From the IMG/VR virus record IMGVR_UViG_3300025099_000016, positions 8,098 to 72,097 of that record: DNA of 64,000 bases; one strand, written 5' to 3'. Of the stretch, positions 34,905 to 44,629 are shown in pieces (positions within the stretch are counted from its first letter, which is position 1; the number at the start of each line of letters is the position of its first letter). This DNA comes from a virus. Its lineage: Duplodnaviria; Caudoviricetes. The notes under the pieces were generated by a model. That model was not told the origin of the DNA, did not search any database, and was given only the letters and a program-made list of their open reading frames with translations. The translations under genes were made by a program, and so were the position numbers.

Positions 34905-36529
34905 TGGAGTATAAAAAATATTATTGGCTCAATAAAGAGTCTAGGTTGTTTCTGTCTAGAGGTTATATTACAGAAACACCCGAACAAAGAATAAAGGATA
35001 TAGCTAACACAGCGGAAAAGTATTTAAAGATCGAAGGCTTTGCTCAGAAATTTGAAGACTACATGGCAAGGGGTTTTTACTCCTTGTCCACCCCGGTGTG
35101 GATAAACTTCGGTAAAAATAAAGGTCTACCGATTAGTTGTTATGGTTCGAACATCGATGATAACCTAGATTCAATTTTAAATGCGTCTAGGGAGATCGGT
35201 ATGATGTCGAAATACGGAGGAGGAACATCAGCATACCTCGGGAATATAAGACCACGAGGAACGTCGATTTCAACTGGTGGTAAAGCTGACGGTCCGGTAC
35301 ATTATGCACGTATGTATGATACCACTGTCGATGTCTGTAAACAAGCTGAAGCTAGGCGTGGAGCTTGTGCTGTATACTTGCCTATAGAGCATGATGATGT
35401 AAACGAGTTTCTAGATATTGGTACTGAAGGTAATCCTATTCAGAATTTGCAGTACGGTATTACTATTACTGATGACTGGATGAAGAGTATGATAAGTGGC
35501 GCTAAACGTAAACGCGAGACTTGGGCTAAAGTTATACAAAGAAGATCTGAGTTTGGTTTTCCTTATATAATGTTTAAAGATAACTCCAACAATAATACAC
35601 CTTACAAAGAGTTAGGTTTGAATATTACAGCATCAAACTTATGCTCTGAAATTCAATTGCCAACCGACAGTTATAACTCATTTGTTTGTTGCTTAGGTTC
35701 GATTAACTTGTTACACTGGGAAGAGATAAAACATACTGACGCTATAGAAACGTACGCACATTTCTTGAATGCGGTAATGGATGAGTTTATAAATAAGTCT
35801 TCAATACTACCTGGTCTTGCTCGCGCACACAGATTTGCTGAGCAACACAGAGCAATTGGCATTGGTGTTATGGGTTATCATTCCTTATTACAATCTAAAC
35901 TGTTAGAGTTTGATTCTCTGGCTTCAAAAGGTTTGAACAACGAAATATTCAAGACAATAAAACAACGATCAGAGGATGCATCTAAATGGCTACACGATTA
36001 TAAAGGCTATAATAGTCTACGGGAAGGATTTGCTAACACAACTCTTATGGCTATTGCACCAACAAAATCTAGTTCCTTTATTCATGGTGCTGTCAGTATG
36101 GGGATCGAGCCTATTAAATCTAATTACTTTATTAAAGATTTGGCTAAAACGAAAACTGTCTACAAAAACCCGTTCTTAGAAGCTGAATTAGAAGAGTATG
36201 ATTTGAATACTGAAGAAGTTTGGGAAGGGATATTAAAGAAGGATGGGTCAGTGCAACATTTAGATTTCCCTACTAAAGAAGTGTTTAAGTCTTTTGTGGA
36301 AATAGCACCAAAGGAATTAGTGTTACAGGCCGCACAACGACAAAAGTACATAGATCAATCACAGAGTTTAAACCTTATGATTGATCCTAGTATACCTGCG
36401 AAGGATATTAATCAATTATATATTTATGCTTGGAAAGAGGGCGTGAAAACTTTGTACTATCAATTCAGTCAAAGTTCAGCTCAAGCATTCAGTAGAAATA
36501 TATTAGAATGCTCTTCATGTGAAGGTTAA
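34904..36529 (+). CDS. nrdA: ribonucleotide reductase class I alpha subunit (no ATP cone)
   Basis: ISCY, RRGACA, SNLCSEI, VCCLGSINL, APTKSSS, YY, C-terminal CSSC. Confidence 0.95.
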   Translation: MEYKKYYWLNKESRLFLSRGYITETPEQRIKDIANTAEKYLKIEGFAQKFEDYMARGFYSLSTPVWINFGKNKGLPISCYGSNIDDNLDSILNASREIGMMSKYGGGTSAYLGNIRPRGTSISTGGKADGPVHYARMYDTTVDVCKQAEARRGACAVYLPIEHDDVNEFLDIGTEGNPIQNLQYGITITDDWMKSMISGAKRKRETWAKVIQRRSEFGFPYIMFKDNSNNNTPYKELGLNITASNLCSEIQLPTDSYNSFVCCLGSINLLHWEEIKHTDAIETYAHFLNAVMDEFINKSSILPGLARAHRFAEQHRAIGIGVMGYHSLLQSKLLEFDSLASKGLNNEIFKTIKQRSEDASKWLHDYKGYNSLREGFANTTLMAIAPTKSSSFIHGAVSMGIEPIKSNYFIKDLAKTKTVYKNPFLEAELEEYDLNTEEVWEGILKKDGSVQHLDFPTKEVFKSFVEIAPKELVLQAAQRQKYIDQSQSLNLMIDPSIPAKDINQLYIYAWKEGVKTLYYQFSQSSAQAFSRNILECSSCEG

Positions 36530-36594
36530 ACGGCTACCACAAAAACGGTAACCATTATAAGTATATATAGTATCTTGCTTATCTCAATTCTCAT
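36526..36594 (-). CDS. candidate 22-aa hydrophobic peptide
   Basis: MRIEISKILYILIMVTVFVVAV directly after a class L promoter. Confidence 0.35.
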   Translation of the reverse strand: MRIEISKILYILIMVTVFVVAV

Positions 36595-36599
36595 AACAG

Positions 36600-36628
36600 T
36601 ATAATTACTTTAGTATATAAAGAATTAC
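36600..36628 (-). promoter_or_regulatory. class L promoter candidate pointing toward nrdA
   Basis: Minus strand GTAATT-N17(ending AGTA)-ATTATA. Confidence 0.45.
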
Positions 36629-36662
36629 TTATTATGATATTAAGATATTGTTAAGAAATTGT

Positions 36663-36693
36663 AAGGGGATAGCTAAATAGTTATCCCCTTTTT
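36663..36693. terminator. terminator between the convergent arms
   Basis: AAGGGGATAGCT-AAAT-AGTTATCCCCTT followed by TTT. Confidence 0.8.
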
Positions 36694-36694
36694 A

Positions 36695-37066
36695 TTATGA
36701 TCTACTAAAGTATGCGTACTCTAACACACACGCTGAACCTGTGGCTTTAGCTTTTAAACCTGTAGCACCTTTTAATGGTATAAACAGAAATTCACCTGGG
36801 TTTAAATCCGCGAAAGCTGTGCCACCGTGTACTGACACTGTAACCACATTAGTTCCATCCGTATTCTTTAAGTAAACATAAGTTATAGCTGATTGAGAAG
36901 TTGTTAAATCAGCTGATATTTCTTGTATATCAGTTCCTACTGAAATCCTTGAAACACCTGAAAAAGGTGTTGTACAGCCTAGTGAATCATCTACTGATAA
37001 ATTTACAGAAGATCCAAAGTGTGCTGCTGTTCCTGATAATGTTAATCTAGGTGTTAATGTTGCCAT
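36695..37066 (-). CDS. small beta-rich virion protein
   Basis: S/T/G-rich; last gene of the tail arm. Confidence 0.55.
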   Translation of the reverse strand: MATLTPRLTLSGTAAHFGSSVNLSVDDSLGCTTPFSGVSRISVGTDIQEISADLTTSQSAITYVYLKNTDGTNVVTVSVHGGTAFADLNPGEFLFIPLKGATGLKAKATGSACVLEYAYFSRS

Positions 37067-37076
37067 GTTTTTTTAT

Positions 37077-37733
37077 TTAATAACCTGTTAATAATTTTAA
37101 TACGTCGTCTATTGCTTTATGTCTATGATTGTCTTCTAATACAACTTTATACACATATTTACTTTGTTCCATTTTAGCTATATCATCTATAGCAGAATTG
37201 AATGAATCTTTGAGGTCCACTTGTTGGTTGTCCCCACAGAATATCATTACAGAGTTTTTACCTAATCTACCTAATGCCATGCGTAATTGTGCTTTAGTAA
37301 GATTTTGAAATTCATCTACTATAACTACAGCACTATCAAATGTTCTACCTCTAAAATGAGTTAGCGAAACTAACTCTACTTCTTCTGAGTCTAACATCGT
37401 TTTAATCTTCTCAGGTTTGTTATAAACCTTTCTCATGTTAGACATAATAGGTACGAGCCAAGGTTCTAACTTCTCTTTCTCTGTACCAGGTAGAAAACCA
37501 TTATCCTCTGTTGAGACTGTTGGTCTAGTAATAACTATTTTATTGTACTGTCTTTTGAAGTACATATCTAACCCGATCTGAACCGCTAGTAACGTTTTAC
37601 CACTACCGGCTTTACCAACAACAAAGTTGTAAGCGTGTTTTATTATTTGTTCCTTAGCTCTCTTCTGTTCTTCAGATAAAGTTATATTAAATTTAATATT
37701 ACCTTTCGGTGGTTTTTTATTTTTATTTTCCAT
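37077..37733 (-). CDS. phoH: PhoH-like ATPase
   Basis: GKAGSGKT, ITRP, GFLPG, RGRTF, DEFQN, CGD..QVD. Confidence 0.92.
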   Translation of the reverse strand: MENKNKKPPKGNIKFNITLSEEQKRAKEQIIKHAYNFVVGKAGSGKTLLAVQIGLDMYFKRQYNKIVITRPTVSTEDNGFLPGTEKEKLEPWLVPIMSNMRKVYNKPEKIKTMLDSEEVELVSLTHFRGRTFDSAVVIVDEFQNLTKAQLRMALGRLGKNSVMIFCGDNQQVDLKDSFNSAIDDIAKMEQSKYVYKVVLEDNHRHKAIDDVLKLLTGY

Positions 37734-37742
37734 AAAATATAA

Positions 37743-38198
37743 TTATACATCAGCTATTTTATATGCTGTATCTCCATCGTTATCTTTGTAAGCTTCAAGT
37801 ACTTGCTTCCTGTTATTCTTTTCTTTTAAAGATATATGTATCCAAGCGAAGTCGAACTCGTTAATCATTTGATCAAACTCTATCCCTTCTTTTATAACCC
37901 AGTCGTAGATTTCTTTATTACACATTTCACCCTTTTTCCAGAATTGTAGATCCAACGCCTGACCTTTACAGTGTTGGCTCTTAGTAGATCCGCCAATGGC
38001 ACGATTAAGTGACGGGGAGCGGTAACCACTACTAATCCTAATAGGACCAAGAGCGTCACGCATAGGCTGTATAAGATCTCTAATAAGGATTTGCATATTA
38101 TTAAGGTGTTCTTGATTCGGCGCATTGTCTATTCCTAATCTTTTAGCTGTGTTACTTTTTACTATTTCTGATAATGTAAAGTTTCTACTTAATCTCAT
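37743..38198 (-). CDS. endolysin, peptidase M15A
   Basis: ISSGYRS..N..IGG..SQHCKGQALD..WIHIS. Confidence 0.88.
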   Translation of the reverse strand: MRLSRNFTLSEIVKSNTAKRLGIDNAPNQEHLNNMQILIRDLIQPMRDALGPIRISSGYRSPSLNRAIGGSTKSQHCKGQALDLQFWKKGEMCNKEIYDWVIKEGIEFDQMINEFDFAWIHISLKEKNNRKQVLEAYKDNDGDTAYKIADV

Positions 38199-38539
38199 GT
38201 ATCTATTCTTATTGTTAGTTTAGGTGTCGTACCAGTGTTATTGATCTTTAAATCATGTGTAAATACGTTCATAGAGAATGAATCATCTAATATTAAACTA
38301 ACGCCGGGAGGTATAATAACTAAACCACTGATGTAATAATCATCATAAGTTACACCATCAACCGTTTTACCGTCTAGTAATACCTCTATTCTAGCCTCAT
38401 TAGTACTATAATTAGTTATCAAAATCTTATTTACTTTAAACACATGTGTGCCAATGATGCTATTAGCACTGTTAGTAACATAATCAGTTTCTGATAATAA
38501 CTTTATATTTGAGGCTTCAAGTTTAATAAGTTTTGCCAT
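38195..38539 (-). CDS. hypothetical virion protein
   Basis: beta-rich 114 aa in the tail arm. Confidence 0.55.
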   Translation of the reverse strand: MAKLIKLEASNIKLLSETDYVTNSANSIIGTHVFKVNKILITNYSTNEARIEVLLDGKTVDGVTYDDYYISGLVIIPPGVSLILDDSFSMNVFTHDLKINNTGTTPKLTIRIDT

Positions 38540-38548
38540 ATCACTGTT

Positions 38549-39109
38549 TTATACTCCTATTACTTTTTCTATACTTGCTGTTGCCACTCCGTTTACTTTA
38601 CCTATATTTCCAGTTACCACACCTACAACGTTGTTTGCGTAACCTGAAGGTGCAGCAGTATAGTCAATAGTGACGAATAACTCCTTCGCGGTTATGCCTT
38701 GTGTGTTTGGTGCTATCTTAACGCTGCAATTGTTTATGTATGTAAACGTTAAAGCAGAAGAACCATCTTGTTGTGTAGTTCTAGCTGTAGTTGTTTGAGT
38801 GGTTGTACCAGATCCAAAACTTTCAGACTCTGCCGCAAACTCCCCATCAGAGGAATGAATTAACGACATTTGGACAGAAGACGCTCCTGACCTACCTGGT
38901 GCACCAGTTAAAGATATAGTGAAATTATTTATTGTTGCTCCACTTAGTGAACCACTTAGATCACTTAACGTACCTGTGAAATTACACGTTACGTTATTTT
39001 GTGCTACACTAGTACTAGTATTATTATCACCTATAATAGTATGAACATTTGAAGATGCCCATCCTGTTTGTGCTGTTGTTGAGTCTGGTCTTAATACTAC
39101 TGTTGGCAT
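38549..39109 (-). CDS. hypothetical virion protein
   Basis: S/T/G-rich with a C-terminal V.GV..I.KV.GV repeat. Confidence 0.55.
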   Translation of the reverse strand: MPTVVLRPDSTTAQTGWASSNVHTIIGDNNTSTSVAQNNVTCNFTGTLSDLSGSLSGATINNFTISLTGAPGRSGASSVQMSLIHSSDGEFAAESESFGSGTTTQTTTARTTQQDGSSALTFTYINNCSVKIAPNTQGITAKELFVTIDYTAAPSGYANNVVGVVTGNIGKVNGVATASIEKVIGV

Positions 39110-39110
39110 A

Positions 39111-40472
39111 CTACGCTATTTCTACCCAAGTGTTATCAGGATTAAAATACATTATACCATGGTCATCACTTAGGCAATAACCAACCACCCTTACAAAATC
39201 ACCACTTCCACTTGGTGCAACATGGGTCATACCTCCAGCAACAGTTTTAACATAGACAGGGTTTCCAACATCGCCTAAATCATAATCCATAGTTATTATA
39301 CCTCTAATAAGCATACCATTTATATCTGGGTCTGTTCCTAAAGCTATAGCTAGCATTCCCATAGCATCTCTATCTGCGTCATCTCCTGTTGCTGCACCAC
39401 TAGCATGCGCCTGACCCCAAGACCCATCTTCTTTTAAGTAACAAAGGTCTCCTTGAGTTGTGCTTCCGCTTCCAAAATAAAGCACGTCCCCTTCTACTTC
39501 AAAATGAGCTGAAGAGTCTGTTCTAACAAACTTTCTTCTAGGTGAAGAAAACTCTGTTGTTACAGTTAAACCTCCTGTTATAGTTTTATTACCAGATGTT
39601 AAAGCATCTGCTGTCGCAGCATTACCTGTACAAGAAGCAGATGAACCCGTAGTATTTTGGTTCAGCGTGGGTATATTAGTAGAGTTTACAGTTCCAGCGC
39701 TAGCCGCCGTCCAGTCTATGTGTTTATTACCACTAGAGTTGGCTAACGAATCGTGATCTATAGTCCCTTGTGTGGCGACTTGAATAACACCGCTGTTGTT
39801 TGCGAACAAGGTACTACCCATAGTGAGTGTGCCAGTTAAAGTAGTTGATGAGGTAGAACCATACCCTATATTTACATCGACTTCATTGTCAGTACTATGA
39901 CCTATTAATTCCAAACCTGTTCTTAAAGCACTTAAATTTCCATCACTTGCCGCGACACGAAATTCAAACTTACCAGCCTCATCTGTATCTAATGCGGTGT
40001 TAACCCTACCACTAATTCTACAAAAATCTACTTGCTCTTGAGCTGAGTTATCACCTGTGAAAGTTACATGACCTATACCATCACTATCTGCCCCGGGTCC
40101 ACCCTTGTCTGATACAAAGTTAAAGTAGCTACCTTTATTATCGTTTGTAGTACTCTTTAGAACAAATTCTGGCTTCATACTTGTAGAAGATGAAACAGTT
40201 GCAGTATCACCTTCGAACTTAAAGTTAGCTTCAGACGTCACAGTACCATCACCATCATCAGTTAATAATTGATTAGCGGCACCATTCACCCCAGCTCCAT
40301 GTAAGTCTGTTACACCAGTATCGCTTTCCTTAACTAACTTATTGTTAGAATCTAAACCTAAGTTTTTACCTGAAGCTATAGTACCATCAGGCACAGCTTC
40401 AAAATAAACGTCACCGCGAAACCTAGATATAAAATCCCATATATGTTGACCTATCCATTTCATACTCTGCAT
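39111..40472 (-). CDS. tail fibre / appendage protein
   Basis: S/T/G/D-rich beta repeats and a C-terminal globular domain; the start may be 40463 (MKWIGQH). Confidence 0.65.
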   Translation of the reverse strand: MQSMKWIGQHIWDFISRFRGDVYFEAVPDGTIASGKNLGLDSNNKLVKESDTGVTDLHGAGVNGAANQLLTDDGDGTVTSEANFKFEGDTATVSSSTSMKPEFVLKSTTNDNKGSYFNFVSDKGGPGADSDGIGHVTFTGDNSAQEQVDFCRISGRVNTALDTDEAGKFEFRVAASDGNLSALRTGLELIGHSTDNEVDVNIGYGSTSSTTLTGTLTMGSTLFANNSGVIQVATQGTIDHDSLANSSGNKHIDWTAASAGTVNSTNIPTLNQNTTGSSASCTGNAATADALTSGNKTITGGLTVTTEFSSPRRKFVRTDSSAHFEVEGDVLYFGSGSTTQGDLCYLKEDGSWGQAHASGAATGDDADRDAMGMLAIALGTDPDINGMLIRGIITMDYDLGDVGNPVYVKTVAGGMTHVAPSGSGDFVRVVGYCLSDDHGIMYFNPDNTWVEIA

Positions 40473-40603
40473 TGTAAGCTAGCCTCACTAATATCTTTCT
40501 GTAAAACAATGTACTCACCAATTAATAAAAATAAAAAAGCACAAACACTAAACAACATCTTTAAACTAACGCTAAATGTAGTGTCTTGTATTTCTTTACT
40601 CAT
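40460..40603 (-). CDS. small single-TM protein (47 aa)
   Basis: Translated by hand (MSKEIQDTTFSVSLKMLFSVCAFLFLLIGEYIVLQK..). Confidence 0.45.
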   Translation of the reverse strand: MSKEIQDTTFSVSLKMLFSVCAFLFLLIGEYIVLQKDISEASLQCRV

Positions 40604-40842
40604 TTTTCTTTTATTTGATTAGAGGCTAATAACAATTCTATCGCGTGTAATCTAGCTGATATTTCAACTAGTGTGGTTTTTAAGTCTGTGTCGGACTTTT
40701 CTAGTTGATACACTCTAGATTTTAACTTAGTGTATTCGTTATTTAAATTAATCCACAAACCTAATGCGGTAGCTAGAATTGCAGCCACACTTATAATTAA
40801 TTCTACTACTCCTATTGGCATCATATTATTTTTTATTAGCAA
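40600..40842 (-). CDS. TM plus coiled-coil protein (holin/spanin-like)
   Basis: N-terminal hydrophobic helix then heptad repeats. Confidence 0.5.
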   Translation of the reverse strand: MLIKNNMMPIGVVELIISVAAILATALGLWINLNNEYTKLKSRVYQLEKSDTDLKTTLVEISARLHAIELLLASNQIKEK

Positions 40843-41041
40843 ATTTTTCTACACCTGACACACCAAACGAACCAAGTACAACCCATACAAAAGAATCGTA
40901 CACAAACTCGTTTATTATTAAGTCTGTTCCTACCCATCCAGTAACAAGATCAGCAACCATTATAAGGCACATTATAGCAAACGCTATAAACCCTACTATA
41001 GCTTTCTCGTTCCAGCTATTATCGTTTTTAAATATTTCCAT
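40826..41041 (-). CDS. two-TM membrane protein (holin-like)
   Basis: Two hydrophobic helices, basic C-terminus GVSGVEKFANKK. Confidence 0.55.
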   Translation of the reverse strand: MEIFKNDNSWNEKAIVGFIAFAIMCLIMVADLVTGWVGTDLIINEFVYDSFVWVVLGSFGVSGVEKFANKK

Positions 41042-41373
41042 TACGAAACTTTAACTGTACCTCTATCGTTCCAAAGTTTACCCGTAGATCTAGGATCAGA
41101 AGTAGGTAAGCTAGCAATACTATTAGAATCTAAAGTAACAGCATCATCACTACTATTCTGAACTGACTTCACTAATATATGCATAAAAGCTCTAAGTTTG
41201 TCAGCCGTTATACTTTTGTTACCGTCTTGAAAAAGATCTTCTATCATATCTAATAGTTCTGCTCTTTCTCTTTTTTCGTCAGAAGAAACAGTTATCTTAG
41301 TGTCTGTATTTGTACTAACTAGAGCTTTGTATCTAGTCTTCCTTGTTGAATCTGTGTAATCACCTTTTGCCAT
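41041..41373 (-). CDS. hypothetical virion protein
   Basis: C-terminal LPTSDP..GKLWND.GTVKVS motif. Confidence 0.55.
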   Translation of the reverse strand: MAKGDYTDSTRKTRYKALVSTNTDTKITVSSDEKRERAELLDMIEDLFQDGNKSITADKLRAFMHILVKSVQNSSDDAVTLDSNSIASLPTSDPRSTGKLWNDRGTVKVS

Positions 41374-41386
41374 TTTATTTATTTAT

Positions 41387-44245
41387 TTATATGAAACTTG
41401 AATCAAAATCATCTGACCAGTTAGATACTGTATTGTTTTTATGTTGAGATTTTGTTGCTTTATAATTCTTTTTTATTTCACTCAATTCTAATGGTCTGTT
41501 GTACCATTTCACATCATCCACGATAGAAGAAGATCTGTAACCTGTATTTAATTCGTAATTATCACCAATATGCAAATCGCGAGTTTCATCAACAGTTCCA
41601 TCCGGTGTAACACTACTTATTAAATTTTCGTTAATATATAATTTAAGACTAGTATCTAATGCGTAAGTAACAGTCACATACAGCCAATCATTTTCAACTA
41701 TAGCTTCTGTGGTGTGTACTTGATACCTATTCACATCAGTGTTAATACTTGCATATACTCTTGGATAAAGACCGTCTGGTTTAAATATAGTTGTACCAAA
41801 ACCTTTGTCTGATGCGTGATTATTAACTGCAGTCCCCTTAGTAACTAACCATTGTCGTGTATTTACATCTCTACAATTAACCCAAAAACTAGTACTAAAA
41901 CCACTAGACATATTAAAGTCATTATCATCATCAACAGTAACGTAGCTATCTCCGTCAAAGTTTAAACCTTTCTGTCTAACCTTATTCATAGGTAAACCGA
42001 AAGTATCCTTCTTAAAGTAAGGAACCTCTTGAAGCTGTATTGTTGTTGGCGAACCATTGACAGTACCATCATTTCCGTATGGTGATAGATCAACCCAAGT
42101 GTCAACACCGTTATTTCTCCAGTAACCGTTCAACTGTACTTCTCTTAATGAAAGGTTATCTATCGAAAACTCAGAAGCATTAACACCATACATGTAAACT
42201 TGAATATCATCACCTAGTGCTACAACTCTATAATTGTATACACCATTTTCACTAAAGTTGTCAAGATTATCACTAGTTCCTGCAATATTAAACTGGTTAA
42301 AACCAAATTGAAAAGCACCTTTGACGTAGTCGCTAATCTCAAAGGTTAAATCATATATCTTACCTTGTGTGACGCTTAGTACTTGTCTGAGTGCGGTATC
42401 AGTAGCGTTTACAGAGGCTTTACCACCACTAACAGTCCATCCTGTATTAGGGCTCCATTTGTTAGCGTCATCAAACCCTCCGTCGTTAACTATCTCACTA
42501 CCTAAGAAAGCACTATGGTCTCTACAATCTAAAGCCATACCAGCGTTGAATATCTCTTGGACTTCGGTCACGGATAACACCTTCTTAAATACAGAGATCT
42601 CATCTCCAAATCCATCAAAGTCTTTCATGAATCTCAAAGTGTCATCACAGGTTGTGTCAACACCATCAGCATCACTAATATCCTTTTCGTCAACTAGCAC
42701 TCCGTCTAAGTAAAGCTTAAAACCTGTTGATGTAGATTTATCTATAGTTGCAACCACGTGATACAATTGTCCTACGTCAAGAGTTGGGGTTGGAATATTT
42801 ACAGACGAACCCCAATCAAACAAAGCTTGCATGGTACCATTAGCCATCATCCTAAACTCAAAACCTTCTTCGGGGGAAGTATTATTTCTTAAATCAAACA
42901 GGTTTTTGTAATCTTCAAATGTGTTAACAGAGAACCAGCATGAGACTGTAAAGCCATCATCTAAGACATCATTAAGACCTGTCCCACAATCAACGTATTC
43001 ATCAGCCGCACCATCGAACAATGCTTTCTTAGAATAAGATGACATAGCATATTGTGGGATATATGGTTGAGCTGTTTTCCAGTTATCAGAAACCCAAGAA
43101 GCTTGGATATGGGAATTAGATAGGGATATTTCCTGCAACTTCAACGTTGTTATTGTAGTTGTTCCAGCACTATTATTTTTTAAATAAGTTTGGACGTGAG
43201 TAGCTTTAAAAACAAAAGTAGAAGAGAACTCTCCATCCGAGGAAATAGTGTGGTAAACATCGCTGTTACTCGCGTTCCTAAATTCAAGACCATTTCCAGA
43301 CGAAGTACTAACAGTACCTGCGATGGTAACTTTATAAGTGGAACCAACAGTAACATTACTCTTATAAATACCACTAGCCTGATATGTAGTAAAAGTGTTA
43401 GCATCATCTGCCTTTGTATCATCAAGTATTTGCCACTCATTTTTAAAGTGGTAATCTTTAGTTAAATCCTCTCCTAAAACTGGGGCTGCGTTATACACTC
43501 TATCTCCAGCACCTTCGTTTAATCTATATAAAGCTTTACAGTCTGTTGTTTCAATACTACTGTTAGAATTATCAAATACATCTTTATCAGGGTTATTGTA
43601 GTCATAAGTAACATCTGAAGCTGTCCAAGCTTTATCGTAGATTTGGAAGTCTGACAACTTGCCATACCAAATGCTACTAGCAACATCACCCTGAGAGCCA
43701 ATGTACACGCCATTATCATCTAGAGTAAAACTACTCGTAGCCGTCTTACTGAAAACAAATTCACCATTAAGATATACACTACAAGTTAAACCATCAACTA
43801 CCGCTACAGCTCTATACCAAGTGTCATTTGCTACTGAAGGTAGAGCCCCGGATGTTACGTCATCCCCCCATTCAGAATCGTTCCAACCTAAGTCTAATTT
43901 AGCACTCTTAGTAGCAAGGTAGAACCAATCGGCAGTAATCGCTGTTCCAAATATAAAACCTCCGTAACCAACATCCTCAGAATTAAACCACACAGCAAAA
44001 GTTGCCTTAGTGCTAACACTTATAGCTTCAGATTTCCAATAATCTATATCTATGTAGTCATTAGCTTGAGCAAAATGAAGTGCTTTACCAGAATATAAAA
44101 CACCGTCGTTTGTATTAGGAGAAAAGTCTTTAACCCCCCCTAAAGGAGCTTGAGTCTCGTCAGCTTTATACCAAGCTTGTAGACCTCTACGAACGACATT
44201 AGCAACTTTGCTACCTGCCGTAACCATGTTACCAATACCTAGCAT
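41387..44245 (-). CDS. LamG/concanavalin-A-like multi-domain tail spike or fibre
   Basis: Three LamG-type units (WYRAVAVVDG..VYLNG; LYHVVATID..LYLDG; WLYVTVTY..LYIN; .DE/D..Y..L). Confidence 0.8.
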   Translation of the reverse strand: MLGIGNMVTAGSKVANVVRRGLQAWYKADETQAPLGGVKDFSPNTNDGVLYSGKALHFAQANDYIDIDYWKSEAISVSTKATFAVWFNSEDVGYGGFIFGTAITADWFYLATKSAKLDLGWNDSEWGDDVTSGALPSVANDTWYRAVAVVDGLTCSVYLNGEFVFSKTATSSFTLDDNGVYIGSQGDVASSIWYGKLSDFQIYDKAWTASDVTYDYNNPDKDVFDNSNSSIETTDCKALYRLNEGAGDRVYNAAPVLGEDLTKDYHFKNEWQILDDTKADDANTFTTYQASGIYKSNVTVGSTYKVTIAGTVSTSSGNGLEFRNASNSDVYHTISSDGEFSSTFVFKATHVQTYLKNNSAGTTTITTLKLQEISLSNSHIQASWVSDNWKTAQPYIPQYAMSSYSKKALFDGAADEYVDCGTGLNDVLDDGFTVSCWFSVNTFEDYKNLFDLRNNTSPEEGFEFRMMANGTMQALFDWGSSVNIPTPTLDVGQLYHVVATIDKSTSTGFKLYLDGVLVDEKDISDADGVDTTCDDTLRFMKDFDGFGDEISVFKKVLSVTEVQEIFNAGMALDCRDHSAFLGSEIVNDGGFDDANKWSPNTGWTVSGGKASVNATDTALRQVLSVTQGKIYDLTFEISDYVKGAFQFGFNQFNIAGTSDNLDNFSENGVYNYRVVALGDDIQVYMYGVNASEFSIDNLSLREVQLNGYWRNNGVDTWVDLSPYGNDGTVNGSPTTIQLQEVPYFKKDTFGLPMNKVRQKGLNFDGDSYVTVDDDNDFNMSSGFSTSFWVNCRDVNTRQWLVTKGTAVNNHASDKGFGTTIFKPDGLYPRVYASINTDVNRYQVHTTEAIVENDWLYVTVTYALDTSLKLYINENLISSVTPDGTVDETRDLHIGDNYELNTGYRSSSIVDDVKWYNRPLELSEIKKNYKATKSQHKNNTVSNWSDDFDSSFI

Positions 44246-44572
44246 TTAGTCTCCTATATAAGCTATTACTTTCCCATCAGCTAAGTTTACAGATGTCCAT
44301 CTACCGTAAACAGTAAGTCCAGCTTGAAATGAAACTGTATTAGGTATTGCATCACCACCGTTTGAACTGTAGGAAGCTGATGTACCTATATACTCTAAAC
44401 CAGAACCAGCCGTATCATTATCAGCTGTTAACCCTTGAAACTTAGCGTCTTCAAGTATAGTTATAGCTACAAATACTTTTCCAGCCGGCGGTGTCGCTTC
44501 ATTAGTGTCAGCTAGATACAATGATCCTAATTGACCAAATGAATATGCTGTTTGAGTGTTATTGATTCCCAT
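44246..44572 (-). CDS. small virion protein
   Basis: 108 aa; first gene after promoter L3. Confidence 0.6.
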   Translation of the reverse strand: MGINNTQTAYSFGQLGSLYLADTNEATPPAGKVFVAITILEDAKFQGLTADNDTAGSGLEYIGTSASYSSNGGDAIPNTVSFQAGLTVYGRWTSVNLADGKVIAYIGD

Positions 44573-44598
44573 AATTTTATTTGTTAATTATTCATACT

Positions 44599-44629
44599 TA
44601 TAATATTACATGCTACGTAAACAGTTTAC
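44599..44629 (-). promoter_or_regulatory. class L promoter candidate
   Basis: Minus strand GTAAAC-N17(ending TGTA)-ATATTATA. Confidence 0.5.
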
